Assembly: GCA_964035545.1 (NCBI GenBank)
Contig: OZ037765.1
Coordinates: 13,030,698-13,094,697, forward strand
Origin: Bugula neritina
Lineage: Eukaryota > Animalia > Bryozoa
Direction: 5' to 3'
Length of the DNA stretch: 64,000 bases
Part shown: positions 23,765 to 35,398 of the stretch, one piece after another
Layout of the letters: each line of letters opens with the position of its first letter
Numbering within the stretch: position 1 is the first letter of the stretch
Made by a program: the position numbers and the translations under genes
Notes under the pieces: model-generated
Seen by the model: only the letters and a program-made list of their open reading frames with translations
Told to the model about the DNA's origin: nothing
Database searches by the model: none

Positions 23765-26700
23765 ATGGGGAATAAAGATAGAAATAAGAAAAAGAGAAAG
23801 CCAATATCATTTCCGAATTTACCTAGAACTCACAGCAAAAGTAAAGGTAAGAGCTCCCTTTTTATCTTTTCCTACTTGCAAGGGCAATAAATTAATAGCA
23901 GAACATTGCACTAAGTGAAGCGCAATATAGTAACTTGAAACTATACTTTTTTGGATATAAAATATGGGAGGGGAATCTTTTAATAAAAGTTTACACAAAA
24001 CATTTCAACAATTTTTCTTCAAACATATTAGCCCAGCAAAAAAATAGTCGTCTTGACACAAATAGTTCAAATTTCGTAGAAAAAGATTTTCTTTTGCAAT
24101 TCATCAGCTCACCTAAACAGTTTATTTGCTGATATAAAGCATGTTTTTGAGCCGTGTGGTAACTAAAACACTATGCATTACATGTGTTTTAAATAAAGAA
24201 AATTTGCTAGGGTAATATATGGCTAATGTGTTGATGTTGTATGCGATACCATATTTATAGTAATATAACTGTTAATTGCATAAGATATGCTCAGCTGTGG
24301 TTGCTGCTTAAGACACGGAGCTGCCGAAAATTTGCTGCAAGATTTTTATACTACAAATAGGAATTAGTTGTAAAGGTTTGACTCTATAGAAATGGATACA
24401 ATGGCTTATATAGATGATCTATTTCAGCATTATCATGTCAATAATCAGTGGCATTTCTCATATAGTTGGGTGCTCACATCAATAATCTATTATAATTCAG
24501 AGAGAGAAAAGAGGAGAGGTGATACGTATGATTATGTAGAGAAACACGATGACTATGGATTTTTAGGTTCACAAAAATGTCAGACAACAAAAAGATCCGA
24601 GAATCATCACACTGGCAAGGTGACATCTTTATTATGTATTTATTTGCTCTACTAGATTGAACTTCACTGCTTACATAATGCACTAACGTCAACACTGCCA
24701 ATCTTTGTTTGCTCCAAACACTCCTTTAACTTTACAAATCTGTATATATTTTGAGCTCTAAAAGTATATAGCTGTGTAATCATTCTAATCAGGTTTACCA
24801 CCCTAGCTATTGATTATTAATTATAAGTTGTAAAGATTCTGACTAGAATTGATACATTTTCTATATACAGAGGTAATTTTCCAGCAGCTGTATGCATTGA
24901 GATGTGGCAGCTTATTTAATCAATATCAATTTCTACATAGCACTGCTGTATTGCATGCAAAGTACGTTAAAACTTGTGATTGAGACAGGTAGACAGCTGT
25001 ATTGTACTACAGGAAAGAATCAATTGATTAGAGATCTATTTCTGTTGCAAAATAAATTCTCAGTGCAAATAACACTCATACAGAGCATATAGGATCACTG
25101 TACATAGCCCTACTTACTTTAGTTAGTGAAATATAATATATTCTTATATCTTAGTCTATGTACAATAAGTTTAAAGAGGCCTATTGAACCATTCTTTTAA
25201 CACAATTAGTGTCAGGGTTCTAATATTTTGGCTGCCTTCCAAAATTGCTGTTGTATAACTATTGTGTGATTTCACTTGTCGGCTATTGTGCTGACAACCA
25301 CTGACAGGTAAAATTGATGCTATGTGAATCATCATAATATTTTTTTAAGTTTCACATAACAATTAAATTAGCATTTGTAAACTTAGGTCTTGCATAAAAA
25401 TTATGATTGGTTGAATTATAAATTTCTTATATCTCTTTAGAGCATTGGCAGCAAACAAAGGCAACGTCATATTGCTCAGGAGTATGATCCTATTGGTCCA
25501 CACAACAACCTAACTAAATCCATCCTTAAACAACCAGGATCTACGAAACATGCTCATCAAAATCACCACATTGAAGCAAAAACAATGGAATTTTACCCAA
25601 AAGTTGCTGAAAGACAATCACGGAGCACAAGTAGGCCAGCATGTTTGTTAAGATCTTCTGGCCAAAAAAGCATTGACAGAAATGGCAGACCTAAGGCTGA
25701 TCGAAGTCGGTCGAAGTCTAGAGACATTGTTGCATTGTACACTACTCAAGCATTACCAAGATCCAGGTCAAGTACACCGGCTGGGTCCTTGCGTAGTTAT
25801 CTTTATACTCCAACCCCATCCAACAATGAGCAAGTTGAAAGTAGGTCTAGATCTTGTACACCAGCTAGGTCGTTACTAAATTCCAATTCTATTGGTCACA
25901 TGAACACGTCTTCATGCAACCTTGCCACATCTGGATCTACAACTCCAGTGTACGGATACACTGCACCAACCTCTCGATCAAAGAGAGCTGTGTCAGTCTG
26001 CAGTTTCAGATCTACTACCTCAGCAATTAGTAACAGTTTCTCATCAACCAGAAGAGCAAGGAGCGAAACCAGGTGTAATGGTGATTTAATATCTCTAACA
26101 AGTAATTTATCTGCGCAAAGCAGAGCCTTGAGTACTAGTGAAATAGCCTCTCAAAATTTAGAACTTTGGATGAATACTACTTCAAAATCTCAAAAGTCGA
26201 GTTTCAAGAAAAAAGCAGAGAAATCAAAGCCTGAATCTTTTGTCACATTGCTGGAGATGGATGAGAAAAAGAATGGAGCCATTGAAAAGCAGCTAAATAA
26301 TTCCAATAGCCTTAATCCAGCAAACATAAAAATGATGATGATTGCAGGCTATGCTCCTTCTGATAGTTGGGAGTCTGAAGATGAAGTTGAAGTAAAAGCT
26401 GGTACTATTATTACTGGTCTTTACAAACAAAATGAATGGCTTTTAGTAGCACTAGCAAATGGCCGCACAGGTTATGTCCCGTTTGCCTATACAAAACCAA
26501 TTAAAGTCACTCCATTAAATCGTTCTAGTAACAAGATTGCTGTAAACGAAAATCCAAAAATTAACACGCATCCCTCAAAACTAATCAATTCAAATGTAAC
26601 CAGCATTTTGAAAAAACCAAAACCGAATCAAACACCAGCTTTGAGCCAGACCCAAAACTATGAGCGAGCTACACAACGTCCTGATAGAGATAGCCTTTCT

Positions 26701-27516
26701 TCAAGCAACAGTATGCTTGTAGAAGAGCTACTTTGTGCTCAATATGCCGCTATTCCTCGACCATCACACCAGCAAACACATTTTGCAGATTGCCTAATAG
26801 TTGACAGTGATTACAAAACTGATGAATTGAGAGCATATTGCAGCGATAGTGGCATCAGTGAGCCAAACAGCAATCACAGTGATGACGTAGATCTTCGTAC
26901 TTCCTTAACAAACACAACCCAAAGTTTGCAACATCAAAACCGTGAAATAAGGAATATGTCTTCCGTTAACTTTTTACATGAACCCCACAACAGGTTTACT
27001 CTAACAGACAATAGTATAAATAAATCAAATGTTTTTGCTTCTCAACACAGAAGAGAACACAGCAACTTAGATACAAAGGATAGCATGAGCTTCTTGCCAC
27101 TTGGTCTGTTGGGAGAAAGGCTTCAATCAAGGACTGCAACACCACAATTTGAAAGAAGTGGTATAATGGCTGAATATGAACGGCCAGTGTATAGCAATAT
27201 TCCTGAGGATATGAAGCAGAGAGCCCAGTCTTCTTCCCAGTTTATACCAAAAGAACTGAAACCTGAAATTCCCAAAGATTACAATGGACCACGAGTTAGG
27301 GTCATTTATGATTATGTTGGAGAAAATGAAGATGATGTCAACGTGCAGGCAGGTGAAGTAGTCACACTTCTTAATGATGAAGACATTGAGTGGATCTGGG
27401 TTATGCGAAAAGATGGCTGTGAAGGTTTTATGCCCAGGGAATATATGTTACCTATAAATGTATGTAAGCCTCAATATGTGCCTCCCAATAAAAGTTCTCT
27501 AATTGTTTCATTATAA
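23765..27516 (+). CDS. Two-SH3-domain adaptor protein (Dlish/Vamana-like), 3 coding exons, 758 aa
   Basis: Exons 23765-23846 (MGNKDRNKKKRKPISFP..., GTAAGA donor, phase 1), 24501-24619 (phase 0) and 25441-27516, which extends the ORF-track 643-aa ORF upstream in frame. SH3-1: AGYAPSDSWESEDEVEVKAGTIITGLYKQNEWLLV..GRTGYVPFAY. SH3-2: VIYDYVGENEDDVNVQAGEVVTLLNDEDIEWIWVMRKDGCEGFMPREY. The Dlish resemblance is from memory only. Confidence 0.88.
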
Positions 27517-29364
27517 GATAGAATTGCAGCCTTTTAAATAGATTTTCGCATTCTATTTGTAAATGATTCACATGTACTTCCAACCTATATTTTATATTTC
27601 ATTATTGCAAGCTGTCCTGTCACAATATATTGTACATGTAATGAGGTGTACTTAGCTATTGATAGAAAATAACATTCCAGTTGTTCATTGCTGCTGCTAT
27701 TCATATTTCACTGAGTCTGTGTGGCAAAACAAACATGTGATATTTTTCCAATTGCATAACACAATTATGCTTTAATGAATTAGCTAATTGTTTATTAAAT
27801 TTCCATTTACTATTAATTGAGCTTGTAAAATTTTCTATTATATAGTGCATATGCTAAGATAGCAAATCCAATCAATTTTTAACTGAAAAATGTATGTGCA
27901 TAATTTTTTAACATCAATAGGTTTAATCATCAGCAAAGCAACAACATGTTGTAGACTATAACTAATAAATATATTATGATGTAACTTCATGTCACAATAA
28001 AATCATTCTAATATATATAACTTGTGTCTCACTTCTTCACTAATTCATATATAGAAGTTGTATAAATAAATATTACTCAGAAATTTAAGTTAACCAAACA
28101 AAATCATTTTACTTTTTTGAGAAATTGCACAACTATTTCAGAAGTTTAAAACTATGTAAACCTTCTAAATCTAGTAATGCGTGATAGTTCAGGAATGTGC
28201 ATAAAGAACATAATATTGGAGCAATTACGAATTTTGAGATAAAAATTAACAAGCTGCATGTATTTATGTACCATGCTACTATCAAAATCTTGGAAACTGA
28301 AAATCCAGTATATAAAGTTATATTTGGAGTTGTCATGCCTTTCAATTTTAACTTTCAAATTTATTTGCATGCTTCATCTTGAAAAATAGTATTAATTTGT
28401 TTGTAGTGAATTGGCCTTTAATGCATTGCTACGTCCCCAGTAGTCACATAACTTGAGTACATATTGATGTGTCAAGTACATATAGATGTATCAAATATAA
28501 TATTTCAGTCAGATTCGGTTAAAGGCAATTCAGAGCAACAACATGAGAATTTCATTCGTATAGAAATTACAATTAGTTAATTGAGTTGTGCAAATTGGAA
28601 TACCAGCCTGTTTAGACTAAGATCTACAACTAAAGACTGGCACATTTATTAGCACCAATGCAGGTTTATAAAGATAGGATTATATATCTAATAGACAATA
28701 ATTTTCTCCAATACTTTTATTATGAGGGACTGGTGGTGGTCTGGTGCTATCTATAGACACACAGTCCTCAGTCCACTTAAAACCGACTAGATGATTTTAC
28801 AGATATGGAGACTTCAAACACATGACTTACAAATACTAGCTCATGAAAATTAGTCTGCATGCGTTATAGGTAACAGGCACTTCATATTTTAGCATATAAT
28901 TTGTTTGAATTTTATAAATATCAAAATAAATATTATTTATAGTGTACTATGTAAAAAATTCACAAGATATTTCATGCAGTTATATTTGTTTATATTCAAA
29001 CAGTAACACAATTAGCTGCATGCTCTACCATAAATTTAATAATTCAAATTAAATTACTAAAATTTGAAAGCTTAATAATTTTGTTGACAACTGCTAATAA
29101 ATTACACAAAAACAATGGTTATCACTTACCAAATGCTTTATGAGCTTTTTAAAAAGTTTGGCATATTTTGTTACATTTTAATACTATACTCGTTATTACC
29201 AATATAGTTTTGAAAATTTTAGACCAACAGTATTAACAGTATGAAAGGTGAAAGGATTGGTGTGGCAGCTATGTACACATGTGAGAGTCTCCCATCCATT
29301 TTTCTAGCTTTGATCTTTCTCGTATATCTAAAATGCAATCAAAATACACACTGTACACAGTTTA

Positions 29365-29374
29365 ACACACACAC

Positions 29375-29405
<31 letters not shown>

Positions 29406-29599
29406 ACACACGCGCGCACACACGCACGCACGCACACACACACACCACGCACACACCACGCACACACACCACGCGCACACACCACGCACACACACCACGC
29501 GCACACACCACGCACACACACCACGCACATACACCACGCACACACACCACGCACACACACACACACACCACACACACACACACACACACACCACACACA
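29365..29599. repeat. Compound (CA)n/(CACG)/(CCA) microsatellite
   Basis: Direct reading; includes a higher-order CCACGCACACA(CA) unit. Confidence 0.95.
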
Positions 29600-29869
29600 T
29601 TATTTTAATGTGGAGAGCCTTAATTATACTAAAAGGTGACTCTAAATCAAATAAACAATTACCATGGAGTAAAGGATACACAAGGCCGAACAGCTTTTAT
29701 TCATGGAAAGACAACCCTGCAGTTGTTGAATATCTAACTTCTAACAGGCACTTCCTTTACTGAAATACCATCTCGCAGTATGTACAACTACTACAACTAT
29801 TATAACTTAAATCCTTGCTGTTCATGTTAACAGTGGCTTGCGTAAGAAGGAGTTGTCTTATCTTTTAGA

Positions 29870-30050
29870 TTTGCGCGCTATAGTTCCGTAAAATGCAGCG
29901 ACCAGGGCGGTCAAGAACCCAAACGCAGACTAGGTCTGAATATCTTCAAAGCAACAGTTTGATATGCCATGACAGCTCATCCCACTGAGCTGGTTAATAA
30001 TTATTGAGTTCATTGGCTCATCCTGTTACTTTTGCTAGTTTTCGCGAAAT
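29870..30050 (+). promoter_or_regulatory. CpG-enriched promoter-like patch, possible distal start of the zinc-finger gene
   Basis: Local CpG cluster (GCGCGC, GGGCGG, TTCGCGAA) and ATTGG in an otherwise CpG-poor region. The zinc-finger gene's ATG exon begins with a splice acceptor, so an upstream exon is required. Confidence 0.3.
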
Positions 30051-30239
30051 TTTGTACTAAATTTAGTTAGCACCAGGCTAGTAACTACAGCTACTACTAG
30101 CAGTTATGTCATTATCATGGTCGTACTAAAGTCTCTTGCAAAGCTTTAATTATCGCAATATGCATTTTTTTATTAGTCTTATTGCTTATGTAATTGTATA
30201 AATACAATGGATTTTCAATCTTGTAATGTTGTAAAGTTA

Positions 30240-30850
30240 TTTACTTTTACTTTCAGTTTTACTCTTTGAGTCTTAGTTTTTGTCAAACTCGACCGCAATC
30301 GCCAATCACTATTACTATTACTATTAGTATTAGTATTACTATTAGTATTACTATAACTATTAGTACTACTTTTAATATTACTAATACTATTAGTTATACT
30401 TATACTCAATCTCATACTCATAGTTATAGTAACAGTATCACAATTGAATTTAATGAATTCAATTTGAATTACTAGCAAAGTCAAAGGCAAATAGTCATAT
30501 TGAGATATTCAAATATTAAATAATGAAAATGAAATATATTTATAATAATAATTTCTTGCAAACAAAAATAAAATTAAATTTATAGGTATTAGTTTGACAT
30601 TTAGTTTTGCTCTTAGTATTACTATTACTATTAAATTCAATTACTATGTCTATTACTATTACTATTAGCATTAGTGTTACTGTAAGTGTGTTAGTATTAC
30701 TATAACTTATTAGTATAATACTGTTGAATTAAGTATTAGTATAACTATATGTATAAGTATTACCATGGTTACCATTTAAACTTAAAGTTGGTGTTATAAT
30801 AATTATAATTAAATTATATTTATTGTAATTATTATTAATAATTAATATCA
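30240..30850. repeat. Degenerate hexamer-periodic AT-rich array (ACTATT/AGTATT and drifted variants)
   Basis: 6-bp periodicity visible directly; it produces the spurious ITITIS/SNTN ORFs. Confidence 0.8.
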
Positions 30851-31344
30851 TTTACAATTTAGGGTAGCATTCAATTCAATTTCGCTATCAATGCGATCTA
30901 TGAAATTGAATATCACTTATTTAATGCTGGTATCGGCATAAATATTTGTATTCATCCTTATAATTATATTGATATTTGGTACTTGGTCTTATTCTTAGAC
31001 TTATAATTGTGATACCTCTCTGGCTAGATTTTGAGGCAGCTGGGGTAACTTTGTTGAAATTAATATATTTGTTGGCCTCAGTTAGATGCTAGCGTTTGGA
31101 AGTTAGGTAGCAATTGATGTTTGCTTTTTAGTAGGATGTAAATAATAAATTAAATGTGTAGCGCATTAATGATAAAAACTTATTCGTGGTAGTATTAATG
31201 TTAAACTTGTTTATCAACTTAATTTTCATTATCAAATGAAGTTAGTAAAATTAGCAATGACCACTTAGAAATGCAACAGTCACAGGGCCAATTGTAGTAG
31301 TTTTGTGGGTGATAGAATGAAATCAGGCAGAGAACATAACTCCT

Positions 31345-31850
31345 TGTTATAGAAGAGACAAGAGAGAGAGAGGTTGCCGTGTGCTTGCAGTACTTTATTG
31401 TAGCAGTGAGAAGTATCCAGTGTGAGCTCCAGTCCGCAAGTGACTGAAGCTCTAAAATGCGTGTCCTTTTATACTAGTAGAACAAAGGACTTCTAGAACC
31501 TTTCACTGACAGCGGGCCGATGTTCGGCAGGGGATGCCGATTTCGTCATGTCGGTAACCGACACTGGGGATATCGGTAACCGACATTCGGTTTGCCTGCA
31601 TCCACCTGCCGAAATCGGTCCAACTGTCGGTTTACATGAATCAACAAAAATGAACCCAACCAAGTGTATGCGTATTGTAACTTGTAATTGGGGGAAAGGG
31701 GATTAACTATTTACTATGCTGAAAGCTCAACAGTAGCCATAGTGTTTAAGGTATTAGAAAGTTACGCTACATAATTAGCTATGATTACAGTATTTAGAAA
31801 AATAGCCATAAGTAATGTGTCAAGGGGGATAACTCTTAATATTTACCACA
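31345..31850 (-). mobile_element. Putative solo LTR
   Basis: TGTTATAG...TTTACCACA termini (TG..CA). On the minus strand a TATAAAA (~31470) precedes an AATAAA (~31396) in U3-R-U5 order, followed by a pyrimidine-rich U5-like end. No clean TSD was found. Confidence 0.45.
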
Positions 31851-34800
31851 CAATAACCATCATACCCACGGAGACAATTTCATAATTCTTCTTGAGTGAA
31901 CTGTTTTTAAAGATTTTCTACAGATTGCCAGGATTAACAAACTAGGACTAACCATAGTTTTATTGCAAAGTTCCGCTATACATAGGTGTAGTTAAATTAA
32001 TTTATTTGTTGAGAAATATATCAATATGTAATAAAAATAGCTAATACTCTAGTTTTAATAATGGTAAGATGCTTTTGAATATCAATGGAATCCACAATAT
32101 TTAAGTATTTTATATGTTGCTTTTATTTTAAAAAATTCCCATCTCGAGGTTGCATGTTATTCCAATTTTCGAGAAAGTAGCTCTATATAAACTATAATAG
32201 TTCATGTCAATTTGTACTAGATGGTTTCAGTTTAAGTACTATTAGATTGTATTAAATATATGATATTAATATTATATGTACTGGAAGGGAAGAGTATGCT
32301 TCAAAAATCATTCACTACCTACCTTGGTTTGAAATCCTTATGAAATATAATAGTAGCTACTGACAAATCTAAAAAACCCGATGCAGTTAGGTATTGCAGA
32401 ATTTGATATTTCTACTATTCCAGCGTTTTTGGCACTTCATTACTCATATTAATAAGTTTACACTGCTCAGAATATTTTTTTTTTATGTAAGCTAGCTTAG
32501 ATTATTGGTTGCATAAATATCAATTTGGTGGCGTAGCTAAGTTCCGTTTTAGAATTACTAAGATGGCTTATTTAAGTTTGCTACAAAAAACAGTTCCCCT
32601 GAGTTTTGATACAGACTATTCTCAATTGAAATACACAGTGTTATGTTTAATACAAGTTTTTTTATTGAAATTTTAGAATGCAATTGAGATTCAAAAGTTT
32701 TCTGAGAGTTTTAAAACTGTTTACAGTTTACATTTTTATAGTTAGACTTTATACTTAGAAATGGACACTTTAACTGTAGCTGAAAACTCAAGTGATTGGG
32801 TTGTACGTAAAGCTTGTAACTTCTGGAATGGCTTGAGCACTCTGCTTTGAATTTGAGTACCTTTTAAATACACTCTGGTAGAAGTATAACCAGTTTCTTT
32901 CACTGTGAAATTATGAGCCATGACACTTTGTTTTCTGCTGACATGGGATAAATTCTAGTAGGGTTGCTGTATACAGGTTGAGTTATATGTGTATATATGA
33001 CTAATGCTACCCTGCGGAGTGGCATTATTTTTGCCTATAAGCTCCTGTTATATACAGACAAATGTTGTAATAAAACAACTTGAAGTGCTGAATAAGTTGT
33101 TACTAGCTAATGCAACTTTTTTATTTCATGATAGCTGTGTTATATTACCATCAGCTATGCTTCATTTTGCATTTCCAGCTAATGCAATTTTGTTCATACT
33201 AGTATTATTCTTCACTCCATAGCCTGATGAATTTTTTTTATTTTAATTTAGCTAATTTCACAACCCTAAGCTGTAACTGGCCCAGAGTAGTTTTAATTTA
33301 CTTCCTGCACTACTGTTTTCTAATATGCCATATAATTATTTGCATTGCAACATCTTAGGTGTACTGGAACTTCTGAAACTTATAATATTCTGATTTTATT
33401 AGTAAAAGGTAGCAAGGTGTGTGAAAATCAATAAAGATTAATATATTAAACTTCCATTATAACTGAAAAACCTCTTGTTGAGTTTCAATTTCTGCAACAT
33501 TTTACCCTGATTATTGTATTTAGCTATATCAGGTTTTTATTGACTTCTATGAACGAACAAAAGCTGAAAATCTAATTTTGCTATTATTTATTAGATTATT
33601 CTTATTTTTTCGGATCTTAAACTTTAATAACAGTTATAGAAAAAGCAACTGCAAAGTATAGTTAAGTTCATTATAATATTATGGTATTTACGATGAAGGA
33701 TATTTGGCTTGCTAGGATTTCCTAAATATTGCTCAAAAATTGCTCACTATTTATACGCTGAAAAATATCAACAGGTCAAAAATATGAAAAATGCCTTGAA
33801 TATTGTTTTTATTTAGTTTCACTGTTTCCTAGTTGACTTTTGTAACTGTATTGTTATATTTTCAGTTGCAAGGTGACAATGGGTTGGACTTGATGAGCTC
33901 TAACAGACTTCTATTGGGACAAGTTTTTATGAAAGGTGAGATTATCTTTGCTCTGGGGTGCTGTCTCTGTTCCTTTGCTAGGCTTGTATCTAAATGCAGT
34001 CAATTTCACAATTATTAATTGTACTACCTAACTTTTTAAGGAAAAACACACTCCTAAACTAGTTATATAAAGAAGAATATCAGTATAAAATAAGCTTAAG
34101 GAAAGTATCTTCTTTAGAAGGTGGAGCTTGTAGGTTACTTAGGTGCTACGGTGGTAGCAAGTAATATTTCACTCAAATTTAAATTAGGCTACACTTATTT
34201 GACATAATTATTTGAAACTAACGATTTACTGCTACAAATTTTCATATATAATGGTAAAAAGTCCGAGATTTTGATGCAAAATGATTTAAAAGAAGTTATG
34301 TACTATAAACCATGGTGGTTGCAATTGATGACACTTCAAAATCTGCAAGCAGCACCAAGCAACAAAGAAGTCTGAAAGTCTAAAAATACAAGTACCCTTT
34401 ATAATAATGCAGTAACAGAATATCATGCTTATTTGGTAACTTGAGTTTCTCAAACATTTAGTTTAAAGCCTAAAGTAACTCTGCTTCCAACTGTTAACAT
34501 TTGTTTTTTAATTTTCATTCAGTATTTATACCATAAAAACAAAGTCTGAGAAATAGGAGAGTAGGACTGCCCAAAATTACATACTTTTGTATGAATGATA
34601 CTTTATTGGACACGTTTACTTTGAAATGTACATAGTCGGATATATGGATGAAAATCAAGCTTTTCAATGGTGCTAAAAGTTTTTGTTGTAATTCCCTTTA
34701 AGATGACAGTTGATAAATGATGCTGTTTATTGAAGGCTACTGTCCTAAATTTGTAAACGAGATGGTTTAAATTTTTAAGCCAACTATTGGCATCCTTCCA

Positions 34801-35398
34801 GTATTCTTTTGCCTAGTAAATTGGTAATTCTCATATTATTCAATGAAACCATTCCCACACATGGAATGAAAAATCCCTTCACATGGTCTGAAACATCAGA
34901 ACGTAGTGAATTGCATAGGAATTTTTATGATAATAAAACATAAGACTAAATATACATAGTTGTGCAGTAGTTTTAAAATCATTGTTTGAATAATTTTGAA
35001 ACTTTGTATGATTATCTTTTTTGTTGATACTCTGTACAATAGTACAATAGTATTCTAATGGGGTATACTGCAGCCATTAAAGTTAGCAAACTTAGATTCC
35101 AAACTTCTATAGCAAGTGAAAACCTGTAACCAATTGCCAACTACTCATTATGGATGACTGGAGTACAGGCTTGTTAGTCCTCCTGTATTATCACTGCATC
35201 ATACTGAACACTTTTATTGACAGGCTATTGTAGTCTTTTATTGCTGATACCCTCTTCCATAAGATTTGAATTTATGGCATTGCTGCAGCAGAAAATATAT
35301 AATTCGCCCAGGCTCTTGAGAATTTCTTGTATTAACGTCTGCAACCTCCATGGTGTCAATAACCTATCTGCCTTGCTATTCTAAATGAAGAAGCTGCA

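Noticed and set aside
29241-29681. His/Thr- and Cys/Val-rich ORFs
   Set aside because: Translations of the CA microsatellite.
30215-30490. ITITIS / SNTNSN ORFs
   Set aside because: Translations of the hexamer array.
33866-33935. Exon-like segment (TTTTCAG...AAAG|GTGAGA)
   Set aside because: Splice signals are plausible, but its phase does not join the zinc-finger ATG exon; at most an unproven UTR exon.
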